Below are positions 10,881 to 20,112 of a stretch of DNA of 64,000 nt, piece after piece. The stretch covers positions 1,646 to 65,645 of the forward strand of contig CAVQGF010000059.1 of NCBI GenBank assembly GCA_963711965.1, given 5' to 3'. Each line of letters opens with the position of its first letter. The first letter of the stretch is position 1. The notes beneath the pieces were generated by a model that was given only the letters and a program-made list of their open reading frames with translations, was not told the DNA's origin and did no database searches. Position numbers and translations under genes: made by a program. Source of the stretch: an uncultured Acidobacteriota bacterium. GTDB taxonomy: Bacteria > Acidobacteriota > Terriglobia > Terriglobales > Acidobacteriaceae.

Positions 10881-11779
10881 GCAGACTCCAGTGGCTTAAC
10901 CCTTGATTGTAAATCCTCAGCGCGGCGCCCCGGTGTGGCGTCGGGCAGGACGCTCACGGTGCGCGGATACATGGTGGCGTTGAATTCTGCGCCTAGCAGC
11001 ACGATCAGCGAGAGGATGTACATCCAGACCAGCAGCGCGATGGCCGCGCCAAGTGGCCCATAGATCAGGTTATAGGTCGCGAAATTCACCATGTACCAGC
11101 CAAACAATTCCGTGGCAGCAAACCAGAGGAGCGTAGCCACCGTGGCGCCGGGCGTCACCCGGTACCAGGCCTGCCAACGCGGAATGCCAAAGTGATAAAT
11201 CAGCGTGAGCACCGCGATGGTGGTGAGCAGGGCGATGATCCAACGTAAGAGAGTCCACACGATGATGATGAACGGGCCCAGCGGCTTGATGGTGTGCACG
11301 ATGACCCAAAGCTCGATCTCGTATCCGAATGCGACTGAGATGGTAGCGATGGTCATGGGCACCAAGGTCGCGAGCACTAAAAGGATGGCGATCGCACGCT
11401 GTTTCACGAAGTTCCAGGTGTAGGGCAGGCGGTAGGCCTTGCAGAAGCCTTCCATCCAACTGACGATGATGCCGGATGCGGAAATCACCGTGATCACGCT
11501 TGCCGAGATCAGGATGTGAAGCGGGATGTGGGCTTGTCCCTGGAAGTACGGATCGGCGCCGCGGGCGGTTCCGGGCGGCATGACCTGGTGCATGGTCTTG
11601 GCGATCTCGATCAGGTAGATGCGGGTGCGTTCGAACGCGGCCAGCACAGTGGCGACGATCATGAGCGCGGGAAACAGGGTGAGGATGGAGTAATAGGCAG
11701 CGGCGCGCGCGATGGTGAAGATGTCGTGCTGAAAGCTGCCCCAAACGGCCAGCCTGAACAGCCGCAATACCTTGCTCAT
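10877..11779 (-). CDS. YihY/BrkB-family inner-membrane protein
   Basis: Intact 300-aa ORF with the typical YihY N-terminus (IFTIARAAAYYSILTLFPALMIV) and six hydrophobic helices. Its stop overlaps the pyk start by 4 nt, so they form an operon. Confidence 0.85.
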   Translation of the reverse strand: MSKVLRLFRLAVWGSFQHDIFTIARAAAYYSILTLFPALMIVATVLAAFERTRIYLIEIAKTMHQVMPPGTARGADPYFQGQAHIPLHILISASVITVISASGIIVSWMEGFCKAYRLPYTWNFVKQRAIAILLVLATLVPMTIATISVAFGYEIELWVIVHTIKPLGPFIIIVWTLLRWIIALLTTIAVLTLIYHFGIPRWQAWYRVTPGATVATLLWFAATELFGWYMVNFATYNLIYGPLGAAIALLVWMYILSLIVLLGAEFNATMYPRTVSVLPDATPGRRAEDLQSRVKPLESA

Positions 11780-11838
11780 AAGCGCCCTAGGATACTAGGG
11801 CACTCGGCGATTAGGCCAGCAGTTTGGGATTGAGTGCG

Positions 11839-11864
11839 GTACGGGCGAGGGCGCCCGTACCTAC
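11839..11864 (-). repeat. REP-like element (hairpin plus GTAG)
   Basis: GTACGGGCG-AGGG-CGCCCGTAC followed directly by CTAC (GTAG on the - strand). It lies 9 nt downstream of the stop of the 11873-12220 gene. Confidence 0.55.
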
Positions 11865-11872
11865 CCGAAGCG

Positions 11873-12220
11873 TTATCCGCGGCGGCGGGTTTGGCGCAAG
11901 GCAGTCGCGAAGCTCTTGCCGGCGAAGCTGATGGTGTCAACCACCGTGCCGGTCACGGTAACCTGGGCACCCTTGCTGGGAACGCCATAATTCTCGCTGA
12001 GGATCCAGATCTTGCCGGTGCCATCGTCCAACTGATAGACGCCCGTACCAAGAGCGCCGTAGGACTCGGTGACCGTGCCGCGCAGCCCGACTTCCTTGTT
12101 GTAGAAGTGATGAGGATCTTGCTGGATCTTGTCGACCGTTGTTTGGGTGGGACATCCCGCGATCATCACCATGGCCGCGGTGATGGCGGCGACCACAAGC
12201 AGCTTCTTCGAAGTCTTCAT
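11873..12220 (-). CDS. Small lipoprotein, unknown function
   Basis: Lipobox MVMIAGC after a basic N-terminus (MKTSKKLLVVAAITAA). The ORF is intact at 115 aa. Confidence 0.65.
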   Translation of the reverse strand: MKTSKKLLVVAAITAAMVMIAGCPTQTTVDKIQQDPHHFYNKEVGLRGTVTESYGALGTGVYQLDDGTGKIWILSENYGVPSKGAQVTVTGTVVDTISFAGKSFATALRQTRRRG

Positions 12221-12360
12221 TTCTTGCCCTCCAGGGAGATTCCAAAACTTGGATGCAGAGTTGTAGCCGTGCGTCTACATCGGCCAGAGTATAAACACAC
12301 AGCCTGGGCGAATGTTCTTCATGGGCGCTGTGGTAGGTTAATCTCCCTCAGGAGAAACCC

Positions 12361-13614
12361 ATGAAGCGACTTGTGCGCCTGTTCCTCGTTTTACTGGTAG
12401 CAGCCAGTTGTCTCGCCCAATCGACAAAGCCGAAGGTCCGGGCCGTCACCGCCTTCGTACGGCTTGACCGCGCGACTTATCAGCAGCAGATCGCTGACAC
12501 ATTGGTGGTGCTGCGCGAAGCCAAGAAGCAATTCGAAGCCGCGGGGTACGAGGTGGAAACGGTGCGCATCACCACACAGCCGCTAGCCCAGCTGGTGAAT
12601 GGAATCGGCGATCCTGAGGCGCTGGCATTCCTGAAGTCGCTGGATGACCTGTCGGTAAAAGAAAATTTTCTTCCCAACGTCGGCCCGGCAATGATGAGCG
12701 ATAGTGACGATCCTAAGACGGTCCGTCTGCTCGAGCAGGCGCTCTCCGATCTGCCCAACATCGAAGGCAGCACCATCATCGGTGCGAGCGACGGTATCCA
12801 TTGGAAGACCATCCATGAGACAGCGGCGCTGGTGAAGTACGTGGCCGACCACAGCGCACGCAGCCAGGGCAACTTTCAACTTCACGGCGACAGCGATGCT
12901 GCAGCCATACGGGCCGTTCTTCCCCGGCTCGTACCACAACGGCGCGGGCAAACAATTCTCTATCGGATTCGAGGGTGCGGGCGTGGTGCAGGAAGTCTTT
13001 CAGCGACGCACGGCAACATTGATGCTGCCGTGGCTGAGTTGACCAAAGCGCTGAATGTTCACGCTGACGTGGCCGATCGCATCGGGAAAGCAGTCGCTGC
13101 CAAAACCAAGTGGACGTACATGGGCGTCGATCCCACGCCGGCGCCGCTGGCCGACGTATCTATCGGAACTGCGATTGAAGCCTACAGCGGCACCAAGTTC
13201 GGCGGCAGCGGAACCATGACGGCTGCGCGGATCATCACAACTGCGGTGAAAGCGGTTGCGGCGAAGCAGATGGGCTACTGCGGGATTGATGGTCCCCGTG
13301 ATGGAAGACAAGAATCTCGCGCAGCGTTGGGCGGAAGGAACCTACAACATCGATTCCGTGCTGGCTACTCGGCGGTGTGCGGCACCGGTCTCGATACCAT
13401 TCCGCTCGCCGGCGACATTTCCCAGGAGCAACTGGAGCGGATCTATGGCGACGTGGCCGTGCTCGCGACGAAGTGGAACAAGCCGCTTTCCGCGCGCCTG
13501 CAACCGGTGAAAGGTAAGAAGGCGGGCGACACGACCGATTATCAGGACCCGTATTTATTCAACACCACGATTCATCCCGCGCCTGAAACGAAAGTACGAA
13601 GTACGATTGTGTGA
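12361..13614 (+). CDS. DUF711 (UPF0210)-like protein with an apparent signal peptide; internal compensating frameshifts
   Basis: An AGGAG Shine-Dalgarno lies 6 nt upstream of the ATG. The N-terminus is MKRLVRLFLVLLVAASCLAQS, then KVRAVTAFVRL. Out-of-frame stretches (about 12890-13010 and 13270-13370) read as good protein in other frames (MVPVMEDKNLAQRWAEGTYNIDSVLA in ORF 13256-13510). The family assignment is by eye. Confidence 0.6.
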   Translation: MKRLVRLFLVLLVAASCLAQSTKPKVRAVTAFVRLDRATYQQQIADTLVVLREAKKQFEAAGYEVETVRITTQPLAQLVNGIGDPEALAFLKSLDDLSVKENFLPNVGPAMMSDSDDPKTVRLLEQALSDLPNIEGSTIIGASDGIHWKTIHETAALVKYVADHSARSQGNFQLHGDSDAAAIRAVLPRLVPQRRGQTILYRIRGCGRGAGSLSATHGNIDAAVAELTKALNVHADVADRIGKAVAAKTKWTYMGVDPTPAPLADVSIGTAIEAYSGTKFGGSGTMTAARIITTAVKAVAAKQMGYCGIDGPRDGRQESRAALGGRNLQHRFRAGYSAVCGTGLDTIPLAGDISQEQLERIYGDVAVLATKWNKPLSARLQPVKGKKAGDTTDYQDPYLFNTTIHPAPETKVRSTIV

Positions 13615-13616
13615 AG
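13591..13616. repeat. Heptamer-type repeat (AAGTACG AAGTACG ATTGTGT GAAGG), family C
   Basis: The same TACGATTGTGTGAAG motif forms the arms of the composite palindrome at 53985-54150. Here it overlaps the end of the DUF711 gene. Confidence 0.5.
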
Positions 13617-13626
13617 GACGAAATGC

Positions 13627-14440
13627 ATGAGAGTCGCTGCGGTACAGATGATGTTGCATCGGCTAAGACCGAGCAGAACCTCAAGGCGATTCTCGCGCGG
13701 ATGAAGGAAGCTGCGCAGAATAAGGCAGAGCTGGTCATTTTCCCCGAGTGTTCGTTGCAAGGCTATTGCTATCGTGATCGCGAGGAAGCTTGGCGGTGGG
13801 CGAAGAGATCTCGGGGCCTATCTGTGCGCAGCTGGCGCAAGCGGCAAAAGAGCTGGGATTCACCGCGGTCATCGGCTTCCTTGAACGTGACGGCAACAAT
13901 CTGTTCAACTCGGCACTCATCGTCGGCGCCCGCGGGGTGCTCGGGGTCTTCCGCAAAGATGCACTTGCTCCATCTCGGCGTGGACCGTTTCAACACTCTC
14001 GGCGACATTCCTTTCCCACTCTTTCAGGCGGCGGATTGCAAGTTCGGTGTGAATATCTGCTACGACTGCAGCTTTCCTGAGTCGGGACGCGCGGTGAAGC
14101 TGAAAGGCGCGCAGCTGCTGGCGATCCCCACCAACTGGCCGAACACGTCAGACTCGTGGGAGCACACGCCGAAGGTGCGCGCCACGGAAAACCACATTTT
14201 TGTTGTGGCGGCGGATCGAGTCGGCGAAGAGCGTGGATTCACCTTCGCCGGGTCATTCGCAGATCATCGATTGTGAAGGTCACACTCTGGCTGAAGCGGA
14301 TGCGACGGAAGAGACGATCCTGTACGCCGACATCGATCCGGCGCTGGCGGACAAGAACCGGGTCGTCAAAGTTCGCTGGGGAATACGAATTCGATCGCAT
14401 CGCCGCACGGCGGCCGGAGATGTACGACCCGGTGAGGTGA
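13627..14440 (+). CDS. Carbon-nitrogen hydrolase (nitrilase superfamily) protein; several frameshifts
   Basis: A Glu-Lys-Cys triad context is present: ELVIFPEC, FRKMHLL and GVNICYDCSFPE. The start is ATG AGA GTC GCT GCG GTA CAG ATG (MRVAAVQM). CAGATGATGTTGCA at 13645-13658 lacks one G relative to the expected M-D-V-A. Fragments lie in ORFs 13611-14276, 13790-14080, 14200-14526 and 14156-14440. Confidence 0.75.
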
Positions 14441-14460
14441 GATGTTCTTCCGGGAGTTCT

Positions 14461-14607
14461 GCACAGGCGAGGCGCCTGTGCCACCTGAATCAAAATCCTT
14501 CTCCAGAGCATGGGCAGGTTGTATGACTGTGTGTCCTCGAGATTCCGCGCGCACGAGGACGTGCGCGCTTACATCACAGGCGAGGCCGCTGTGCCACCTG
14601 AATCAAG
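14461..14607 (-). repeat. Cluster of three REP-like hairpins between convergent genes
   Basis: Hairpin 14461-14484: GCACAGGCG-AGG-CGCCTGTGC-CAC. Hairpin 14547-14572: GCGCGCACG-AGGA-CGTGCGCGC-TTAC. Hairpin 14576-14607 is a 30/32 duplicate of 14462-14493 (CACAGGCGAGGCGCCTGTGCCACCTGAATCAA). Confidence 0.65.
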
Positions 14608-15184
14608 AGCCAAACTTTGCGGCGGCGGACGAATTGCCGCTGCCCTTTTCCCAGGCTTCGCGCAGCTGTTTGAAGACGTCGTACGCCCCGTCGACAGCGC
14701 GGATGGTGGCGAAGATGGTCGCGCCCCTGCTGGTGGTTTTGCCGGTCGCGAACTTGACGCTGCCCGCTCCCACCATGGACTCGAACGGTCCCGAACTCAC
14801 CGTGAGCTGATCGATCTCTTTGAAATCGTAGCTCTTGAAGGTGGGCGCGAAGGCTCCGCTGCGCAGGATGATGCGCTGATTCGTTATCGCATAAACGACG
14901 TTGCGAAAAGAGATCAGCAGCCAGACCATGTACAAGACCGATCCCCAGAGCGGAAAAAGGTGCAGCGCGAAGAATGGTACGGCGAAGCCCAGCTGCGACG
15001 CCGGCATGTGGCGGATGAACTGCAAGTCGAAAGCCCCCCACAGACAACCGAAGATAAGGAACGGCAGAGCGGAGATCAGGTAAGGAACAAAGTGCGGACG
15101 TCCCGTCCATTGCACGGTCTCGCCGGAAGCAAGCACCGGATCGAATGCGTTCGGTTCGAATTGCATTGCGCCAGAGTGTCGCAA
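14603..15184 (-). CDS. Membrane protein with a bacterial PH (bPH_2/DUF304-like) domain
   Basis: Two TM helices (YLISALPFLIFGCLWGAF, FFALHLFPLWGSVLYMVWLLISF) are followed by VVYAITNQRIILRSG, typical of bPH_2. The likely start is ATG 15166 (MQFEPNAF). Confidence 0.65.
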   Translation of the reverse strand: MRHSGAMQFEPNAFDPVLASGETVQWTGRPHFVPYLISALPFLIFGCLWGAFDLQFIRHMPASQLGFAVPFFALHLFPLWGSVLYMVWLLISFRNVVYAITNQRIILRSGAFAPTFKSYDFKEIDQLTVSSGPFESMVGAGSVKFATGKTTSRGATIFATIRAVDGAYDVFKQLREAWEKGSGNSSAAAKFGS

Positions 15185-15276
15185 GCGGAAAGCAGAGTCA
15201 AGAGGGAGGTGCTGGGTCGCGTAAGCGGACGTATGCGTTGAAGTTGCTACACTGGCTTGCTGTCTAAGGAGTGCTT

Positions 15277-16650
15277 ATGCGTGTGCGAGGTTATTTGACG
15301 GCGACCTTTCTGCTTTTGTCGGGTGTCGGGTACGCTCAAACTCAAGTCCAGCCGGTCACGCAGCCACAATCGCCGGCCAAGACCATCCGCGTGACGCTTT
15401 TGGGTACAGCTGCGGGCCCGCCGGTCCGGCTGAATCGCTACCAGATGAGCACGCTGGTGGAGGCGGGCGGTGAGCGCCTGCTATTCGATTGCGGACGTGG
15501 CACCACGCTGCGATTGACTCAGGCCGGGATCCCGATCGGTGAGGTGGACAAGCTTTTCCTCACTCACCTGCATTCTGACCACATCGTGGACATCCCTGAT
15601 CTGTATCTCAGCGCCTGGGCGGCGCGATCACAACGCAAATTTCCGCTTGAGATCTGGGGACCGGCCGGTACGCACGCCATGATGGAGAACTTACAGAAGG
15701 CGTTCGCGTTTGACATTCATATACGGCGCGATGTGGACGAGCACTTCTCCGCCGAGGGCATCAAGGCGATCAGCCATGACATCTCGGAAGGCGTCGTCTA
15801 CGAAAAGAATGGCGTGAAGGTGACAGCTTTCCTGGTGGACCACGGTCCAGTGAAGCCGGCGTTCGGTTATCGCGTGGATTACTCCGGGCACTCCGTCGTG
15901 ATCTCCGGCGATACGCGGCCGAATGAGAACCTGGTGCGCCATAGCCAGGGAGTCGACGTGCTGATCCACGAGGCGATCGATCCGGAGGGTTTCCGAAAAC
16001 ACCCAGGAACCCTCAGCATTGCGCAATCACAAGCGATCATGGCGCACCATTCCACTCCGGCGCAGGCGGGCGAGATATTCACCCGGGTGAAACCGCGACT
16101 TGCCGTCTATTCTCACTATCCAGATGATGCCGACCTGATAAACGCAACTCGCAAAACTTACTCCGGGCCACTGCAAGTTGGCGAAGACTTAATGACCATT
16201 GACATTGGGCACACAGTAGAGGTTGGCCATGTTGCCCTGCGAGAAAAAAGCGCAGGCACACCGTCGGCGCAAACGTCGAGTGCCACCTCACCAGGTGGGC
16301 TGGTCGAGCTTTCGCCCGAGCAGAGAACGCGGATCACGGCGATCATTTCTGAAGCCAGAGAAAATGGTGAGATCACCGCGCGCCGGCTCAAGGCGAACGC
16401 CGACAAGTTCGATGAGGCCTTATTTGCCGAGACCCCCAAGGATGACTTGGAATACAAATCGGTAGCCGGGATCGAAGGCGCAATCCATGATGCCGCGGAA
16501 TTCCGGCTACAGGCTGCCCGCCAGGTCGTCCATTTACTCACGCCCGAGCAGAGGCGCTACCTGAAGGGCGAAATGGCGAAGCCAGATTCGCAAGGCGGGA
16601 TCCTGGAGATTGCCGAGAAGAGCTTCCACATCAAAGCTGAAAAAGAATAA
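15277..16650 (+). CDS. Secreted metallo-beta-lactamase-fold hydrolase (RNase Z/Atu-like) fused to a C-terminal helical LTPEQ-type (Spy/CpxP-like) segment
   Basis: AAGGAG lies 6 nt upstream of ATG 15277. There is a signal peptide. MBL motifs are LTHLHSDHIVD, ISGDT and VLIHEA. The C-terminal ~120 aa contains LSPEQRTRITAII and LLTPEQRRYLKGEMAK. The ORF is intact. Confidence 0.8.
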   Translation: MRVRGYLTATFLLLSGVGYAQTQVQPVTQPQSPAKTIRVTLLGTAAGPPVRLNRYQMSTLVEAGGERLLFDCGRGTTLRLTQAGIPIGEVDKLFLTHLHSDHIVDIPDLYLSAWAARSQRKFPLEIWGPAGTHAMMENLQKAFAFDIHIRRDVDEHFSAEGIKAISHDISEGVVYEKNGVKVTAFLVDHGPVKPAFGYRVDYSGHSVVISGDTRPNENLVRHSQGVDVLIHEAIDPEGFRKHPGTLSIAQSQAIMAHHSTPAQAGEIFTRVKPRLAVYSHYPDDADLINATRKTYSGPLQVGEDLMTIDIGHTVEVGHVALREKSAGTPSAQTSSATSPGGLVELSPEQRTRITAIISEARENGEITARRLKANADKFDEALFAETPKDDLEYKSVAGIEGAIHDAAEFRLQAARQVVHLLTPEQRRYLKGEMAKPDSQGGILEIAEKSFHIKAEKE

Positions 16651-16675
16651 AAAAACGCAGGGCCGGAGTGGCCTG
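16649..16675 (-). terminator. Possible rho-independent terminator for the carboxyltransferase gene
   Basis: On the - strand, CAGGCC-ACTCC-GGCCCTG (one bulge) is followed by CGTTTTTTT. Confidence 0.4.
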
Positions 16676-16747
16676 GGGCTGGGTGTAATCGCGCTTTCGA
16701 TGGAGGAAGTGACGAGCTGTTCTGCCCGATGCCGGCTCAGAAGTTTT

Positions 16748-16792
16748 GATTAACCACGAAGCACAGAGGCACGGAGAAGTGAACCATTAATC
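16748..16792. repeat. CACAGAGG-type repeat flanked by the short inverted repeat GATTAA...TTAATC (family D)
   Basis: GATTAACCACGAAGCACAGAGGCACGGAGAAGTGAACCATTAATC. It is related to the octamer array at 18436-18470. Confidence 0.5.
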
Positions 16793-16822
16793 CGCGTAGT
16801 CCGTTCAATCAGCGGTAAGAGG

Positions 16823-18411
16823 TTAAAGCGGGATGTTGCCGTGCTTCTTGGGCGGGTTCTTGTCGCGCTTGGTGTCGAGCATCTCCAGCGCATCGATAAG
16901 CTTCTTGCGGGTCTCGCGGGGACGGATAACCGCGTCCACGTATCCTCTTTCGGCGGCGATGTAGGGGTTGGCAAAGCGGTCGCGGAACTCGTCGGTCTTT
17001 TCTGCGCAGGGCGGCGATGATCTTCTCTTTTTCGCGTCTGATTTGGCGGATTTCGCAGCTTTATCCAATTCGCGCTTGTAGACGATGTTGACCGCGCCTT
17101 CCGGTCCCATGACGGCGATCTCAGCCGTCGGCCAAGCGTAATTCACGTCGGTGCGGATGTGCTTGGACGACATGACGCAGTACGCGCCGCCGTAAGCTTT
17201 GCGCGTGATGACCGTGATCTTCGGCACGGTGGCTTCGGCGAAGGCGATAGAGCAGCTTCGCGCCGTGGCGGATGATGCCGCCGTACTCCTGCTGCGTGCC
17301 GGGCAGAAATCCTGGGACATCTTCGAAGGTGATGAGCGGGATATTGAAGGCGTCGCAGAAGCGCACGAAGCGCGCGCCCTTCACGCTGGCGTTGATGTCG
17401 AGCACGCCCGCGAGAAACGCCGGCTGGTTGGCGACGATGCCTACCGAGCGTCCATTCAGCCGCGCGAAGCCGACGACGATGTTCTTCGCGTAGTGCTCGT
17501 GCACCTCGAAGAAATAGCCGTCGTCGACGACTTTGCGTGATGACGTCCTTGATGTCGTAAGGCTGGTTCGATTCGCGCGGGAACGATGGTATCGAGCGCT
17601 GCGTCTTCGCGATCGATCGGGATCGGTGCACTCGCGCCGCGGCGGGTCGTCGAGATTGTTTGACGGCATAAAGCTCAGCAGCTCGCGGATCAGCGACAGG
17701 CACTCGGCATCGTCGTGCGCCAGGAAGTGCGCGACGCCGGAGGTCTCGTTGTGCGTCATGCGCGCCGCCAAGCTCTTCTTTGGTGACCTCTTCGTGCGTC
17801 ACGGTCTTGATCACGTCCGGCCCGGTGACGAACATGTAGCTGAGGTCTTCTCGACCATCAGCGATGAAGTCGGTGATCGCCGGCGAATAGACCGCGCCGC
17901 CCGCGCACGGGCCCATGATGGCGGAGATCTGCGGGATCACTCCGCTGGCCAGCGTGTTGCGCAGAAAAATGTCGGCGTATCCGGCGAGCGACATGACGCC
18001 TTCCTGAATGCGCGCGCCGCCGGAATCGTTCAGCCCGATGACGGGCGCGCCGACCTTCATGGCCATGTCCATGATCTTGACGATCTTGCCGGCGTTGGCT
18101 TCGGAGAGCGAGCCGCCGAAGACGGTGAAGTCCTGCGCGAAGACGAAGACGAGGCGGCCTTCGATGCGTCCGTAGCCGGTGACGAAGCCGTCGCCGAAGA
18201 TCTTCTGCTCCTCCATGCCGAAGTCGGTGCAGCGATGCGTGACCAACTTGTCGGTCTCTTCGAAGGTGCCTTCGTCGAGCAGGAACTCGACGCGCTCGCG
18301 GGCGGACATTTTGCCGTCTTTGTGCTGGCGCTCGCGGCGTTCCTTGCCGCCGCCTTCTTCGGCAGCGGAATCGCGACGTTTCAGTTCGGCGAGTTTTTGC
18401 TCAAGATTCAT
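16823..18411 (-). CDS. Acyl-CoA carboxylase carboxyltransferase subunit (propionyl-CoA carboxylase beta / methylmalonyl-CoA carboxyltransferase family); at least six frameshifts
   Basis: Recognisable blocks include [127 protein letters not shown] and [13 protein letters not shown]. They are spread over ORFs 17143-18411, 17121-17771 and 16823-17320. Confidence 0.88.
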
Positions 18412-18435
18412 TGGGGAGGATTATACGAAAACCTA

Positions 18436-18470
18436 CCACAGAGGCGCAGAGGCACAGAGGTTCACAGAGG
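18436..18470. repeat. Octamer micro-array CACAGAGG/CGCAGAGG/CACAGAGG/(TT)CACAGAGG (family D)
   Basis: CCACAGAGGCGCAGAGGCACAGAGGTTCACAGAGG lies in the 67-nt gap between the gltX stop and the carboxyltransferase start. Confidence 0.6.
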
Positions 18471-18478
18471 AATTCAGC

Positions 18479-20011
18479 TTACGCGAATTTTGTGGATTGC
18501 TGTTGCTGATCCTGGAAGGCCTTCACACGTTCGGAGACGCTGAGCACGTGCTTCGGAAGCTGCAAGCGGCTTCCCTCTTCGAGGATGGGAATGAGCTTGT
18601 CGAACTCTGGGCCGGAGTGCGAACCGGTGACCACGATGCGGATGGGGTGAAAGAGCTCTTTGCCCTTGGCCCCGCTCTCGGTCTTCACTTCGTTGACGAT
18701 TGCTTTGAACTGCTCGGCGGTCAGCGGCGAATCTTTCGGGACGCGCTTGGCGAAGGCTCCGATAACGGCCGGCGTCTTCGCCGAGGAAAGTACTTCGGCG
18801 TTGTCGGGAGCGGCGAGTGCGGCCTTTGGGTCATAGTTGAAGATGAAGGCGGCTCGCTCGGGCAGTTGCTCGAGGCGGTCAACAGACGGAAGCAGCAGAT
18901 CCAGCAGTTTCGCTATCCAGTCGCGCACAGGCGAGGCGGCCCGTGCCACCAAATTCTCGAGGTATCCAGCGCGTTGGAATACCGGGATGGAGAGTTGCAG
19001 AATCTTGTCGCGCGAAGTTTCTTTTATGTAGTGCCGGTTCAGCCAGTACAGCTTCTCGAAGTCGAAGACGGCGGGCGAAGGCGTCACGCGCTCCAAACGA
19101 AATTCCTTTACCAGCTCCTGCGGCGTAAAGATCTCGCGGTCGCCGCCGCTGGGCGCCCAGCCGAGCAGCGCCATGTAGTTCACCAGCGCCTCGGGCAGCA
19201 CGCCCATCTCGCGAAAGTTCGCGACCGAGGTTGCACCGTGGCGCTTACTCAGCCGCTCACGGTCGGGGCCGAGGATGGTGGAGAGATGCGCGAACTCAGG
19301 CACCGGCCATCCCAGCGCTTCGTAGACGGCGACCTGCTTGGGAGTATTCGATAGGTGATCGTCGCCGCGGATGACGTGCGTGATCTTCATCAGCGCATCG
19401 TCAATGACCACGACGTAGTTGTACACCGGCATGCCCGAGGAGCGAATGATGATGGGGTCGCTGACAACTTCGCTTTGGAACTCGACGGCGCCGTGCACGA
19501 TGTCGTGAAATCGAATGGGGCGCTCGGGAATATGCAGGCGGATGGCGGCCTGTTCGCCCGCAGCGCGCCGCTTCAGCGATTCCGCCGTGTCGAGCTTGCG
19601 GCATTTTCCGGAATAGATCTGCGGACGATGCTCGGCGATTGCCTTCTGCCTCTCAGCCTCGAGCTCTTCGGCGGTGCAGAAGCAAAGGTATGCTTTGCCG
19701 TCGCTGAGCAGCCGCTCGCCATGCTCCTGATAGATCTTGGTGCGATCGGATTGGCGATAGGGAGCAAATGCGCCGCCGACATCGGGCCCTTCGTCCCAAT
19801 CGATGCCCAGCCACTTCAGATCATGCAATAGCTGCGCTTCGTACTTCGCCTCGCTGCGCTCGACGTCGGTGTCTTCAATGCGCAGGATCATCGTGCCGCC
19901 CTGCTGCCGAGCGAAAAGCCAGTTGAAGAGCGCGGTGCGCGCGTTGCCAACGTGCAGATGCCCGGTCGGGGAAGGCGCAAAACGCACGCGGACTGGGCTT
20001 TCTTCGGTCAC
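18479..20011 (-). CDS. gltX: Glutamate--tRNA ligase
   Basis: Intact 510-aa ORF. The class-I HIGH-type motif is [19 protein letters not shown] and the KMSKS-type motif is RLSKRHG. Confidence 0.95.
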   Translation of the reverse strand: MTEESPVRVRFAPSPTGHLHVGNARTALFNWLFARQQGGTMILRIEDTDVERSEAKYEAQLLHDLKWLGIDWDEGPDVGGAFAPYRQSDRTKIYQEHGERLLSDGKAYLCFCTAEELEAERQKAIAEHRPQIYSGKCRKLDTAESLKRRAAGEQAAIRLHIPERPIRFHDIVHGAVEFQSEVVSDPIIIRSSGMPVYNYVVVIDDALMKITHVIRGDDHLSNTPKQVAVYEALGWPVPEFAHLSTILGPDRERLSKRHGATSVANFREMGVLPEALVNYMALLGWAPSGGDREIFTPQELVKEFRLERVTPSPAVFDFEKLYWLNRHYIKETSRDKILQLSIPVFQRAGYLENLVARAASPVRDWIAKLLDLLLPSVDRLEQLPERAAFIFNYDPKAALAAPDNAEVLSSAKTPAVIGAFAKRVPKDSPLTAEQFKAIVNEVKTESGAKGKELFHPIRIVVTGSHSGPEFDKLIPILEEGSRLQLPKHVLSVSERVKAFQDQQQQSTKFA

Positions 20012-20112
20012 CTAGTGATGGTAACAAAAGCCTAGTGAGCAGCCGCTCACAACTCACCGCCCGCACGCGACATCGTACTCAAGGCGGCAGAAATCGGCCG
20101 CAAAACTCAACC

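Noticed and set aside
14462-14607. Possible mini-CRISPR: two near-identical 32-mers separated by 82 nt.
   Set aside because: There are only two copies. The 'repeat' is itself a REP-like hairpin with a GTGG tail, the spacer contains a third unrelated hairpin, no cas genes are present, and the site is a convergent-gene gap.
17533-19354. Long + strand ORFs (336 aa and 391 aa) opposite the carboxyltransferase gene and gltX.
   Set aside because: They are mirror frames of strongly conserved - strand genes. Their composition is low-complexity (D/G/R/A/L) with no motifs. One of them simply translates the CACAGAGG repeat (PQRRRGTEVHRG).
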